Shown: positions 42,718 to 55,493, numbered from the whole stretch's first letter. The stretch is DNA of 63,572 bases, filler included, from Stramenopiles sp. TOSAG23-2 (GCA_900128395.1; 6 parts of 6 records of this genome joined end to end with filler, not necessarily neighbours in it), one strand, 5' to 3'. The notes: a model not told the origin generated them from the letters alone. Made by a program: numbers and translations.

Positions 42718-45102
42718 ATGGGGTGTTGTGCATCCTCTTCTTCCCCCAATAATCCACATGCTGGTTCAGGTGTCTTACCAGGTGTCTCTGTTGATAATCG
42801 TCCTTTTAAACCTGATCCAACATCCACGGACGTCTCCGTTATACATTTTCCATCGAACTCGGAAACTATAGACGTCTATTGGTATTTTCATGAAAGTGGA
42901 CTAACTGTACCATCTGTAACACCCACAGGGCAAGTTAAAATGTTTGAAGATTATTTCCAAAAGAATTTAATAGGGAAGAATCATAATTACAAAGTCAATG
43001 TTACGCAGTTATTTAAAATTGCAGACTTGTGTAAACATACAAATCGTGTCTTTTTAACGGTGGATGTCTTATCTTTAAATGGCCGTGCTTTATTAGATTA
43101 TGTATTTCATCAAAAATGGTTTTATACTAACAATGAAAATGTGTTGGTATTTTTTTCTCCAACCGTTGATTTACCAAAAGATGATGCGACACATCCACTG
43201 TTATATGGTGGTGGGCATATGTTTTCACCTACCATTAAATGTTTAGAATTATTAGTATCTAAAGCTAAATTGAATAAATGTAAATGTAAATTTTTATTTG
43301 TACCTCGAAATATATATTGTCAACAAGATAATTATATGTTGCAAAAATTTTTACCAGATATCATAGAAGAGATTATAGAAATCGATGAACATGCATCGCA
43401 TGGTAGTAAAGGAAAAAAATTGGTCAAACGAAATTCACATACGGATTTAAATGCCAATAGTAAAAAGAAGAAAAAGCGGAAGAAAAACAATAAAGTTCAT
43501 GCACATGATGAAGCACTTGAATCAATGCATTCAATGGATGGATTAGAATTAGATGATTTTGTTATGCAAGACGAGGATATGGGTAATGGTATTGTTAAAG
43601 ATAACATTACACGTGTTGCAAGTCATACCCATACAATGAATGATGAATGGCATGAAGAGATTGATTTGACTGATGAACAACATGGTTCAATGGGGAAAGA
43701 GGAAGATTTTGTGTTTGAAGATGATGAATTTGATAGTAATAATAATGATAGTAATAGTAATAGCGGCGCGACAGGCAATAACAAGCATAAATTGCATATT
43801 AGTAATAAGGGTAAATGTTTATATTTAGTTGGAAATGGTATGAATGTTCAAAATTTTTTTGCAAACTGTTTTGAAACCATCATGGTTGAAAAATCATATT
43901 TTCATTTGGAACAGATTATAAAATATAAATCATTGTCAAAAAAGAAACAATTAAAAGAAGATGCAAATGCAGAGAAGGAATTAATCAAAAAATTTGCGGC
44001 TGTTTCTGATATGTTTGATTCTGATTGGGATGGTATTGCAAAGAAAAAAAAAAGTAAAAACAGCGAGAGGGAAAGTGTTGGACGAGAAGCAGATGATGAT
44101 TTCTCAAATGAATATTATGAATCAATGCCGATAACGGATGATTCCTTGTGGCCAAGTGGGTCGTTAATAATTGTTAGCTTAAGTGATATTGGCCATGGCA
44201 TTGCAACTCTATTGAAAAAAAAAGATAAAAAAAAGCGAAAAGATAATGTCTATGTCCGTGGCAATCGATTAGATAGCCTGTTGAAACAAGATAGCATTTT
44301 GATTAATGGCTATAAATCAATTTTATTAATCGTAGACGTTACCACTGATTATGAAAATTTTAGAAAATTCAAAATGAAAGATTTAAAACATATACCATTA
44401 GTAATTGTTGCAATCCTACCTCGAAATTACGATAGCAATGAAACGTGGGCAAATACGGCTGATTTTCTATGCGATGAAATCGAGGTATCGAATATGACCA
44501 TATTTTTGCAAAAGCCATCGGATGGGGTATCTTCATTGTCATCACATGCATTTTGGTTCTTACTCAATATAATTAATTGCACCACATGTTTAAGTAGCGT
44601 AGCAAAACATTTAAATCCATTTCCAGATGTACACCACGCTATTGCATTTATTGCTATGAGTGGCGTTGGTTTTACCCAACTTGTTGATGTTAGCACAAAT
44701 GATACTGATGAGGAAGATTCAAGCATAAATGTATACTCATCATGGTGTGTTTTTCACGGGAAAGGCGGCATCGGCGATGGTTTTGATGGGAAAGATGAAC
44801 AAGAGTCACAACAAGGTATAGAAAAAGCTGTGATGGATTTCACGGAAGCAAGGTCTCCAACTTCGCCATTTGTATCTGCAGCTGCATCATCCGTGGAAAC
44901 AAAAGCAAGTTTTAAAGGTAGCCATACATGGTCATTACTATCAATCTGTCCACAAGGCTTTGTACAAATTATTGTAAAAGCATTAAGTGCTGCTGATGAA
45001 ATATGGCATGGTGACGATGAGAAAGAGAGAAAAATTAGTCGTTTAAGCGGGCTAGTAGCATTTTATCGCGATTTATCCAAAAGTAAAGATATTGCACAGT
45101 AA
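42718..45102 (+). CDS. Hypothetical alpha/beta protein with dual-acylation N-terminus (MGCCASS)
   Basis: First ATG at 42718; Gly2/Cys3/Cys4/Ser6 myristoylation-palmitoylation pattern; no recognised domain. Confidence 0.75.
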   Translation: MGCCASSSSPNNPHAGSGVLPGVSVDNRPFKPDPTSTDVSVIHFPSNSETIDVYWYFHESGLTVPSVTPTGQVKMFEDYFQKNLIGKNHNYKVNVTQLFKIADLCKHTNRVFLTVDVLSLNGRALLDYVFHQKWFYTNNENVLVFFSPTVDLPKDDATHPLLYGGGHMFSPTIKCLELLVSKAKLNKCKCKFLFVPRNIYCQQDNYMLQKFLPDIIEEIIEIDEHASHGSKGKKLVKRNSHTDLNANSKKKKKRKKNNKVHAHDEALESMHSMDGLELDDFVMQDEDMGNGIVKDNITRVASHTHTMNDEWHEEIDLTDEQHGSMGKEEDFVFEDDEFDSNNNDSNSNSGATGNNKHKLHISNKGKCLYLVGNGMNVQNFFANCFETIMVEKSYFHLEQIIKYKSLSKKKQLKEDANAEKELIKKFAAVSDMFDSDWDGIAKKKKSKNSERESVGREADDDFSNEYYESMPITDDSLWPSGSLIIVSLSDIGHGIATLLKKKDKKKRKDNVYVRGNRLDSLLKQDSILINGYKSILLIVDVTTDYENFRKFKMKDLKHIPLVIVAILPRNYDSNETWANTADFLCDEIEVSNMTIFLQKPSDGVSSLSSHAFWFLLNIINCTTCLSSVAKHLNPFPDVHHAIAFIAMSGVGFTQLVDVSTNDTDEEDSSINVYSSWCVFHGKGGIGDGFDGKDEQESQQGIEKAVMDFTEARSPTSPFVSAAASSVETKASFKGSHTWSLLSICPQGFVQIIVKALSAADEIWHGDDEKERKISRLSGLVAFYRDLSKSKDIAQ

Positions 45103-45380
45103 AAACGGGGTCTTATCATATGTTCTTATATAATATATATATATAGGGGTGGTTAAAATCTAAACTATAATAATTTTACGAAGTACTTCCCACATGCTAA
45201 AGTAATATATGCTCAATACTCAATCACAAGAATAAGACTCTATCCTACTATAGTAAAAAGCTCTAATGCACCTCTGCAAACTAATACTCTACAAGCATTG
45301 AGTAGGTTTCTATCCTTCACACGAGAAGGGTATAAAAATATTTTTGTTTTTTTGTATATATATAATAAAAACACATCATT

Positions 45381-46535
45381 TTATGCATCATCTGCTGGTT
45401 TTGTTGCAGACACCGTCCAAGTGCTTGATGGCAAATACACTCCTTTTACCATTTCACCATGTATGTTAAGTCGATGTTCTACATGATTTGCATAAGTTTT
45501 ACGCAATTCTGCCATAATCTGCTCTCGTTTTTCCTTTGCTGCATCCCCGGATTTTTCCTCAACTAAACGTATTGCTTCACCCGCAGGACCCATGGAAGTG
45601 GTAAATAATAATGCCTCCTCTATATCACGTCCAATAATCATTGGAGAATCGAATCTTGCAAAAGTAATATCAGTAAAACCAGCTATGGTTAATTGATCTG
45701 ACAAAACATCTGGCCATACTTGTGAAAATGGACCAGGCCCACAGGTCAATGCATCATCATGTGGTTTTTTATCTTCCTCCGCTATAAATTTTTCAGCAGT
45801 TTGTTGAGCAATATATAAGGATGGACATGCTTCACGTTTACGAAAGACCGTAAAATGCAATTTCCCATTTGGTTTTAAAGCCTTATGAATCTGTTTAAAA
45901 GCCTTGACCGGCATAATATAAAATTGAGTACCATCAACAGCATATAGCGCATCAAAGGCTGGTAATCGTCCATTTGGTGATTCTAATAAATCATCATTTT
46001 CCACATCTTTCACAATAAAGTTTAGGCGTCCTGAATCCAACATTTTTTGCATTTTATCGCCATGTTTTTTAGGTTCTTCCGTTTTAGCCTTTGTGAATAA
46101 GTAGTTAGGCATGAACGAGTGGTGATATTGTTAGAAAAAAAAAATGATATCTATGATCAAGAATAAAGATGGGGTTTAAGAAGAGTGGCGCAATTTACTT
46201 ACAAACTCTACAAATTTTGGAGAACAGTCTATGCCAGTAACTTTACAGCTTTCTGGGGCATTGCATGCTAAGTCAAAAGTGCTATTCCCCAAGCCAGAAC
46301 CTAGGTCACCTATATGCCAACCTTCTTGAGGTTTATTCTTTTCATAATTAGCTGCAAAATGGTGTTCTGTGGAGCGTAGCGTATGAATGAGTGATGTGTT
46401 AGACAAAGGATATCCTTGTTAGGTTTAGGGGAATAGAATTTACTTACCCATAACTATTGGAATGAAATCTTGCCATTTCATGAATTTGTCATATAATACG
46501 GTATTCCATGCTTTCAATATACCTTTATTTGACAT
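45381..46535 (-). CDS. Class I SAM-dependent methyltransferase (~319 aa); complement(join(45381..46088,46203..46366,46448..46535))
   Basis: IGDLGSGLG, VTGIDCS, LKPNGKL, CGPGPFS; two GTAAGT..CTAAC..(C/A)AG introns give a continuous frame. Confidence 0.88.
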
Positions 46536-47250
46536 AATGTATTGTTTTGTTGTTGTATGAGTGGATAAACTTGATTTCTATATTTAGATGGTTAATTGTA
46601 CTAAAGGCAATGATTCTCGTAAAATCTAAACGATATACATTACACCACAACTTGTAGATACATATAATAGTCTATATGTTTAAACAGTATATGTTTTTTG
46701 TACATTGTCCAACACTGAATTTTGACTTCCAGGACTGTCCGATATAGTCAAATTAATTTCAATCATTATTATTTTAAAATATGATGATGGTGTGGTAAAA
46801 TGCACTTCTTCTGAAATGTGTTATTTAGAAGAATATTTTTTGTCAATAATAATGGCCCAGGCCCGCAGGCAGGAGGCAGGAAGGCCACATCACAGAGGAA
46901 GGCCTACGCGTATAATATAATATTATAAAACAAACAGTAAGGCCAAACAGTAAAGCTTAAGCTACTACTATAATAATAATAAAACAACACAAAAAATGTA
47001 AAAACAACTCTCCCCCCCTCATGCCCTCCTCGATACATGTCATACAAAACAGTATATACAGATGTATCTTTCTTTCTTCTCTTGAAAAATGAATGAGGAA
47101 GAATGTACAAAGTATATATTCGGATAGATTCAACCACACGAAAAGAATACAATAATTACGATATTGATTAATTATAGCCATATATTAATACTTTCCACAT
47201 CCACATCCACAACCTCCAGTTTCCCGTGATCAATAATTTTATACAAAAAA

Positions 47251-48375
47251 ATGATGATGTCAGTGGATGGTAATACTGATTCAGAAAAAAATGATACAAT
47301 AAAATTAACAAAAGACCATGTAGATAAATACATTATAGGAAAAACATTTGATGTACCACCAGATACACAAAATGCATACATCAATGCAATGAGTTATAGT
47401 TCATGTGGTACACGACTAGTTTGCGCATGGACAAACGAGGAATCAACATTAGTTACCTATGATGCAATTGAAGGAAAGGAATTAAACTCTTTTAATAAAC
47501 AATTATCTGGCGTGGAACGATTAACATTTTTGAACAACCATGATGTAATAGCAATAGCATCAAAAACAACATATCAAGAAAAAAAATTAGTAGCATTGTA
47601 TAATATTAAAACAAAAAAAGATATACGTTCGTACAAAATACATAGCGATACAATCACAGCATTGAAAGTTCATCCAAATAAAGATTATTTAATGACTGCA
47701 AGTAAAGATAAGGAAATTTGTTTATGGGATGTGAACCAATCTAGCAATAGTGCAGTAGCACGTTTGAATTTAGAAGAAGCAACACATCCAAGTATAGCAT
47801 TTGATCCAAAAGGTGTATGCTTTGCTGTCGGTGCAACAGTTCGAGACAAAACATTTATACAATTATTTGATATGCGTAAAATTGGGGATGGATGTTTTGA
47901 TAAATTTGAAATTGATAGTAATGGTAATTTAAAAGGATGGCATAATATACAATTTAGTCCAAATGGCAAACAAATGCTTTTAACACCACATCGTACGGTA
48001 AAGAAAAGTGTTAAGAAATTAGATATAAACGTACCACATTATTTAATCGATTCATTTACTGGTAAATTATATGTATCCTTATCAGAACATTGTGTTCAAG
48101 ATACACAAATTAAAAATACGTTGAAAGGATATGAAGGTCCAATGTATGCATCGTTTAGTCCGGACTCAAATTTTATTATAAGTGGTGATCGTGATAGCAA
48201 TCTTCGTGTATGGTCAACGAAAGAATCCGATGATTATGAATTAATTAATAGATGGACAAGTGGAGTCAATTGGCATAAAAAAGCACCAATTGGACCTGTC
48301 TTATGGAATCCATATTATGATAGCGTAGCATGTGCAAGTCTTAAATTAAGTTTGTGGCAAAAATATTCCATATAG
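47251..48375 (+). CDS. WDR82: WD40 protein, WDR82/Swd2-like
   Basis: AFDPKGVCFAVG, IQLFDMR..GCF..F, W..IQFSPNGKQMLL, LIDSFTG, ASFSPDSNFIISG. Confidence 0.8.
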   Translation: MMMSVDGNTDSEKNDTIKLTKDHVDKYIIGKTFDVPPDTQNAYINAMSYSSCGTRLVCAWTNEESTLVTYDAIEGKELNSFNKQLSGVERLTFLNNHDVIAIASKTTYQEKKLVALYNIKTKKDIRSYKIHSDTITALKVHPNKDYLMTASKDKEICLWDVNQSSNSAVARLNLEEATHPSIAFDPKGVCFAVGATVRDKTFIQLFDMRKIGDGCFDKFEIDSNGNLKGWHNIQFSPNGKQMLLTPHRTVKKSVKKLDINVPHYLIDSFTGKLYVSLSEHCVQDTQIKNTLKGYEGPMYASFSPDSNFIISGDRDSNLRVWSTKESDDYELINRWTSGVNWHKKAPIGPVLWNPYYDSVACASLKLSLWQKYSI

Positions 48376-48837
48376 AAAGCCTGTGGCGAGGGAGTTTTTG
48401 AGTGTTGCATATAGTTTAAAATAAGGTCAAATATATTAACAACATGTCCAAAGTATGAACGGATATTGTACGTACATATATAATTTGAAATAATATTTTA
48501 AGTTTACGCATTTTATTTTAATGATATATTTTTTTATTTTTTAAATTTACTCAATAATAGTGCAATAATCCTCTTACTCTTTAAAAGAATACGTTCGTAC
48601 AATATAACTGGAGGCAAATAATATCTATAAAACCAGAGAGAATTCTCTCTGACAAAACACACGAATTTACCCTTTACGCAGCACACCCACCCATATATAC
48701 CGTATATATATTCATATATATATACGAAGTACATGTATATATGTACGGTCTCGTATATCATTTATATATATGATATACCAACCTCATATATTAAAAATAA
48801 GTAAAATATAATATATATCAAATAAAAGATCATCATA

Positions 48838-50361
48838 TCATACAACCTGTGGCTTTCCTTTTGTTACATTATTATTATTATTATCATCATCATCATCTGC
48901 ATCTCCAGTAATACCATCCCTACCCCCTTTGCAAAAATTAAAATATCCCCAATCTATGTTGCCAATTGACATTAATGATGATTTCATATCAGTTTCGCTC
49001 ATACTTTTTAATCTTGTACGTTCTAATTCTAATTTCGTTTTTATATACTTTTTCATTTTTAAATCAATTATAGATTGTACAGGGAAATGATCACTAACAG
49101 GTTTCTCTAACTCAAACGATTTATAATAAATATTTTCATGACATGCTGCATCTAAACATTTATGTAATATACGATCTGTCCATGATGGTGCATATTTATT
49201 AAAATATTTTTTGTCAACTTTATATCCTTTTTTTTCATCCCATGTTTTCAAATTTAATTTATATGTCGGACAAAATGTCAATTCTTTTTCTTTCCAATCT
49301 TTTAAAAGATATTGAATATATTTCTGCTGATGATTGTTCTTGTCTTCCTTATTATTATTTACATTATTATCGTTGTTATTATTATTATCATCATCATCAT
49401 TTGTTGTTGTTGTTGGTATTGTTTCCACCGCTTTTTCTCTGTTTTCTTCATTATCAATTATCGTTTCTTTTTTCCCCGTCACACCATTCATTAAACAATA
49501 TAATTGATCTTGTTTACTTAATTTATTTAATTTTGCTAATATATCATCTTGTCCCAATGTTCCATTGCCGGCTAGATCATATGCAGTTTTAGTATCAAAT
49601 CTTTCTACAATTCTAGAATTTAAATCTCCTAGAAAGAAACAATGATCATGTCGATTAATTTTTTTAGCGTATACAAAAGTAGGACTAGTCCAAGCTTCAT
49701 TAAATATGGTTTCAAATTGATCAATTCGTTCTTGATTATTAGGACGATGAGCAGCTAGATGTGTACTGCATATTGAAAAGCTTTGCCCATAAAGAGTGAA
49801 ACGTGTCAATATACATGCTTTATTTCCAAGTCGAACTGTTCCGCCTAAATATCGCTGCAACCTTATATCTTCATTTTCTATTTCTTTCACAAATTCTGAA
49901 TGTTTCTGTTTAATCAATATCAATAAATATGTCCCAACAACAGCTCTATTTGTCAATACAATATATTTTTCTAGTTCATCCGTCTCATCCCCTACATGTT
50001 TATTCATTACATTTAAAATATAATCAGTCCAACTTTTTGTTTGTTTTTGAATATCATTATTACTATCATATAATATATGATCTAAATCTAACTCTACTAT
50101 CTCTTGCAAAGATACAATAACCATATCTCCATTTCTTTCACTACTATATCCTTCGTTAAAGACTTGTTCAACAATATTTTCATCGTTCTTATTAATGTCG
50201 TCAAAACTTTCCCCATGTGTATTCCATGTCAGTAAAAGTGTTTTAAAATTTTCAGGTGCAACTGATGTTTCCCAGTCACTTAAATTATCATCAATATTAT
50301 TATTTTTTGGAGATTTAGACGTGCCACTCATAACATCATTGTCTGTAACAATGGATGACAT
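48838..50361 (-). CDS. Inositol polyphosphate 5-phosphatase (IPPc)
   Basis: TWN, LQEIVEL, GNKA, HLAAH, FLGDLNSRI, PTYK, PSWTDRIL, SDHFPV. Confidence 0.92.
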   Translation of the reverse strand: MSSIVTDNDVMSGTSKSPKNNNIDDNLSDWETSVAPENFKTLLLTWNTHGESFDDINKNDENIVEQVFNEGYSSERNGDMVIVSLQEIVELDLDHILYDSNNDIQKQTKSWTDYILNVMNKHVGDETDELEKYIVLTNRAVVGTYLLILIKQKHSEFVKEIENEDIRLQRYLGGTVRLGNKACILTRFTLYGQSFSICSTHLAAHRPNNQERIDQFETIFNEAWTSPTFVYAKKINRHDHCFFLGDLNSRIVERFDTKTAYDLAGNGTLGQDDILAKLNKLSKQDQLYCLMNGVTGKKETIIDNEENREKAVETIPTTTTNDDDDNNNNNDNNVNNNKEDKNNHQQKYIQYLLKDWKEKELTFCPTYKLNLKTWDEKKGYKVDKKYFNKYAPSWTDRILHKCLDAACHENIYYKSFELEKPVSDHFPVQSIIDLKMKKYIKTKLELERTRLKSMSETDMKSSLMSIGNIDWGYFNFCKGGRDGITGDADDDDDNNNNNVTKGKPQVV

Positions 50362-50836
50362 GATGATAATCTGTATGGCTTTTTTAGAAAAAGGAATATA
50401 TATATTTAAAATATGAATGTGAATATGCATGGAATGGTATATATATATATATATATTGTTTTAATCTCTCTATTCTAGCTTGCCAATCATCAACAACAAG
50501 CAACGCACAACAACAAGAAGAAAGAAGAAAGGACTGCACGACTATTAATATTGGTAATATACTAATACCAGACTACCATCATCATACCACCACTGGTTTA
50601 GACCTTGGATATTAATAGAGCAATATTTATAAAAAAATGATGAGATATATGTGAATTATACAAAGGATGGAAAAGGAAAAAAATCAAAAAAAAGAAAAAG
50701 ATAACAATTACTTGTTGCTTTTATACTTTACCTCATATAGTTTATAGATACGAACACATATATTGTATATATATTTTATTTTTGTAACAACACACACATA
50801 TATAATATGTACATATATTTTTTATAATTAATAATT

Positions 50837-52496
50837 ATGGCGACAATATTATTAAATAATAATAATAATAATCAAAATTCAGTAAAGCAAACCAATCCAT
50901 TAATCGAGGAAGCAGACATATTAGAACCAATACTAGTAATATGGAAGAAGAGATATGATATGAAGGAAATCAATGATGTTGATTTTGCAGCTTCATATAT
51001 TTTAGCTTATTTAGCTATCCGTTTTCCATCTTGTAAATTTATTGCTGGAAAATTAAATCCATATATTGAATATGAAGAAAATGGTTTGCGTCCAGATTGT
51101 AAAAGCTTGGAAGATTTTCCAGAACTAGTAAACTTAATGAATAATGAGCAAAAATTAATTAAATATTTAGGAAACAACTATTTACAGTTGAAGATAGTTG
51201 ATATCTATTCAAAATTGCGTTGGAAAGGAATCAAGAAACATTCTAATAATTATGTCAACCACAGCATTTTAAATTGGGGGCTGGGTAAACGTCCCTTACG
51301 ATTAAAATTTTATATACCATCCCCATTAAAAGTATTGAATATGCAAGCTAATAATACAAGGGTCATAACTATGCTGTTAAGACATGATCAATTAATAAAA
51401 AATCATATAGCACCATTAACATATATGAAAGGGGCTATTTTACATGCAAGGGATCCATTGCATTTTTTGATTCATGATTTGCAACATATTGAAAAATTTT
51501 GTGATCCATTAACTAATTTAGAACAAGTTGGATTTTTTAAATCCATGCTCAATATTGGCAATGGCAATCCAAAGAAATTTTTTGAAAAATATGACATTGA
51601 TGTAAAAAAAAAAAAAAAAAAGCGATGATGATGAAAATAATTGTATAACATTATGGCAATTGATGGAATATGTTGTGTCTGATATGAATACATGGTCCAC
51701 TCATTTAATAAAATATGTAAGAGCAAAGTGGATGATATACAATAAAGATGCTACAGATGATGATGATAATTCATTTGAGAAAGGATGGGATGAATTAATG
51801 ATTAAATATTTTGGTATATTAAAGGAAAGTGAATTATACAATGCGGTATGTATAATACATCAATATAGTCTATTATACATAATTTATCTGACCTTTACAA
51901 TAATCATATATATATATATATGTATATGCTAACAAATTGTGTGCCACATTATATAGATGATAAATGTTTGTGATAAACATTTTACAGAAAAAGATGGAAA
52001 TCTTGTAAGGGATTATTTCATTAAAATAGCTATGAAAAATCCAATAATTGAATTGATACAAGATCCATCTTTATTACCATTTGAGATGAAACAAACAAAT
52101 TTCACACCCGGAAAAGGCAATGCTTTACAGATTTGTATTAGTGTATTATTTGATATAAGAAATTATGATAAGATTGTACCAAATTTTATTGAAGATCCAA
52201 AAGGATATGCATTTGGTATTACACAATTTTTAAATACAATAAATTATGAAATGAAAAAAATTAACTTAAACAAGAATACATTTGATAAAGATGAAATTGC
52301 ATCTGTATGTCAGTTGCCATTGTTATGCATGTTGCGTGGAAAGAGTCCAAGAGGCGATCATGGGCATGTTATAGTGGCTGAAATACAATCAGATTTAACA
52401 TTTAAGCCTGTCTTTGATCCACATCCAGATAATAGAATGTTGGATGTAAACGAACATTATGGTTGGATGATGGTATTTTATAAGACGAGAAACTAG
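50837..52496 (+). CDS. Two-domain hypothetical protein, frameshifted in an A18 run (51604-51621), intron 51846..51956; C-terminal peptidase C39-like domain
   Basis: Three ORFs link via a 1-nt frame change in poly-A and a phase-0 GTATGT..CTAAC..TAG intron; HDLQHIE, EYVVSDMN; GNALQ..VPNF..GKSPRGDHGHVIV..FDPHP. Confidence 0.7.
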
Positions 52497-52505
52497 GATC
52501 GAACG

Positions 52506-52563
52506 CCTTACCTGCACCGTGTTGGCGTATTCAACCTTACCTGCACCGTGTTGGCGTATTCAA
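52506..52563. repeat. Exact 29-bp tandem duplication
   Basis: ccttacctgcaccgtgttggcgtattcaa twice. Confidence 0.9.
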
Positions 52564-52997
52564 CTATACGACGACAGCCACTACATACATATATACCTAT
52601 ACACACACACGAACTATGATACCTGTTTATACAAAAATGTACACATCTCATATTCTAAGACAATATTAAAATATATTAGGAGATTTCATCACGATGCGTT
52701 TCAGGTAAGAAGTAAAATATTGTTGATTACAAGAGAGAGATTGAGAGAATATTTGTGCGTGTATTTATTAATTTAAAAATATCATCATATATATAAAATA
52801 AATATAAATCACGAGCCGTATCGGTGTTACACCAAGGCTTGTTTAGGACTTTACGCACTTACCACCTATATTTCTAATATTACACACTTGATTTTACAGT
52901 AGTAATGAATCACGCTGGCACGCCGGTCGCAGCGGTCGGCCATCATATTACTGAAATTCCATTTTACCTATCAATACCAACTGATAATATGATAATT

Positions 52998-53097
52998 NNN
53001 NNNNNNNNNNNNNNNNNNNNNNNNNNNNNNNNNNNNNNNNNTTAATTAATTAANNNNNNNNNNNNNNNNNNNNNNNNNNNNNNNNNNNNNNNNNNNN
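52998..53097. other. Artificial contig linker
   Basis: N44-TTAATTAATTAA-N44. Confidence 0.99.
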
Positions 53098-55021
53098 CTT
53101 TTTCACATGCACATACTAATGGCGTACCGTCTGGAAATTCTTTTTTATATTTATTCTTGAATTCCCTTATGGAAACTTCTAGATCTGCACCATTAACCAA
53201 CAGATATTGTTTAATATCATCTGTTTTTGCAGCTGCTAATGGAACACTTGAATCACCATTACTATCTTTCCCTTCTTGATTCAACATATCTTCCAATGCC
53301 ATACCACTTTCATCAGCGTCATAATTCATAATAAAGGATTGCACATGTTTCATACGCCCTTTTTCACATGCAATAATGAATGGCGTACCTTTTGGAAATT
53401 CTTTCTTATACTGTTCTTTCAATTCGTTTGCAAATGCCTTTGTCAAATATTCATCCGCTCCATTATCCAATAAATATTGCTTTACATCTGGATTTGCCGC
53501 TACTGATAAAGGATATTGTTCATCCCCATCAGTGTCAAGACCTTTCATATTCAACAACTCTTTCACAGTCATGCATTTGCTATTCACATCATGATTGTCA
53601 ACAATAAATTTCAAAACTTTTAAATCACCTTTCTCACATGCAACTACCAACGACGAACCTACAAAACCATAATAACTTGCCAATACAGCAACATGGCCTG
53701 TACACAGCCATTTTTCAATCTGTTCTTCATTTAAATTCACCCAATCCGTTTGAAATGTTTTTACTGATTTATTATTTTTCATCAAATTAGATATTTCATC
53801 AATATTCGCATCAGGTAAATTGAAATATATTAAATCAACAATTTTATTTAAACGTATTGCATCTAAATTTAATCCACTACCTAATTCAATTAAATGTTGA
53901 ATATATTGCCATACACTTATGCCCATTGCTTGTGTCGTTATATAAATTTCTAATGCCATTCGTAATACTGATATCAATGAGATTGTTAATGATAACATCA
54001 ACGTTTGTTCTGTAGTTAATTGAAAAAAATATAGATCCAATGTTTCATTTGCATCAAAACCACACGTATTATTGTTACTTGAATCACACGTAAAAAACAA
54101 TACTAATTGTATAAGTGATTGAGGAATAGATTCAAATGTAACTTCAATTAACGTACGCAATGCTTCATATTGTATCATGGAGGATAAAAATTTAACAGAA
54201 TGAAATCGTTCAAATGGACGATACAACATCATATGCATATCTAAAAATGGTATGAATGATAATGATATAGGTAGCAATATGGCTCGTTTGATTGTATTAT
54301 TACGTATTTGTCTTTTTTCTTTTATTGTATGCGCTTTGGATGATTTGTGGCCGTAATATATTTTATTTAATGCAACATGTTGATATTCTGTACCATTTTC
54401 ATCTTTCCAATTATATGTATTATTATCGTTAACACTTGATATTGTTCCTTTCATACTAGTTTTACCATCATCATTTGCAACAAACACTTCTTCGCCCACG
54501 TTTAATCGTTTCTGTGGATTTTTATACAACCCATTTTTAAAATATAAATTTAATCCAATCCAACCAAGCCCGAATTGCATGACTAAAAAGAATAACATAG
54601 CATGATATAATATTTGCACAAGTTGATTTGTTGAGTTGTATAAATTCATTGTTAAAACAATATCCGATGTAACGTCAAGCCAATAACATATGAATTTAAA
54701 TATAATATTAAATACAACAATTACAGAAACTACTTTTGGATATTTTTCTTGTAATTTATGTAATTTAGTAGTAAATGTTTTTGCTTGTCTACTTGTGAAT
54801 GAACGCATTCGTGATATTCGACGCCGTGGTCTATGTTCAATTGGATGAATTTTCGTAGATCCTGACGTATGAGATGATTTTTTCGAGTCTAGTGCAGCAC
54901 CAACTATTGCCGTTGTACCTGCTGTTGCAATTCCAGTCGTTTCAATAATAGTTTCTGTTGTTCCAACATTTTCCATTGCATTGTTGCCACTTTCTAATAT
55001 ATCAAGTACTTGTTCTGCCAT
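53098..55021 (-). CDS. XK-related-like membrane protein with Tudor-like insert and C-terminal ankyrin repeats (3'-truncated)
   Basis: LDVTSDI and EVTFESIPQSLIQL motifs; LNVGEEVFV..GTISSVNDNNTY; repeats of GTP..IACEKG..YLL.NGAD. Confidence 0.75.
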
Positions 55022-55082
55022 GGTTTATTGGATTAGTAGGTAATTATGTTGCATGGATGTGTTGTATATCTACGAAGTATGT

Positions 55083-55265
55083 GTATGTATATATATTCCT
55101 TTTAGAGTAAAAAAGCTGAAGTTGTGTATATAATAGTTATAATAGTATATAGTATCAGTAGAAAGTAGTAGGTATGTATATATATATTCCTTTTAGAGTA
55201 AAAAAGCTGAAGTTGTGTATTATAATAGTTACGAATAGTATAAAGTAGAAGTAGAAAGTAGTAGT
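55083..55265. repeat. Imperfect ~90-bp tandem duplication upstream of the XK-like gene
   Basis: gtatgtatatatattccttttagagtaaaaaagctgaagttgtgtat occurs twice with small indels. Confidence 0.8.
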
Positions 55266-55493
55266 AGTTTTAACGTTTTACAACAAGTTGTTTTTAATAA
55301 CTTTTAATTAGCATGCATCAAATAGCACTGGTATCAATTTTAGTTTAAAAAAGTTACAAGTAGCTTGAAACAGCTGACCACAAACACACAAACACACCGA
55401 TACACGAACGCTCGAACGCTCGAACGCTCGAACGTTCTTTGTCGTTTTTACAGTTTAGAGTTACATATCCATACACCACCACACATTCTCTTC

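Noticed and set aside
46855-46907. GC-rich island with AGGCAGGAGGC (inverse at ~35669) as an ncRNA
   Set aside because: No tRNA or snRNA structure recognisable; at most a promoter motif, with too few occurrences to support
10562-53097. Recurring TTAATTAATTAA palindrome every ~10.6 kb
   Set aside because: Synthetic linker within N runs joining length-sorted contigs; not biological
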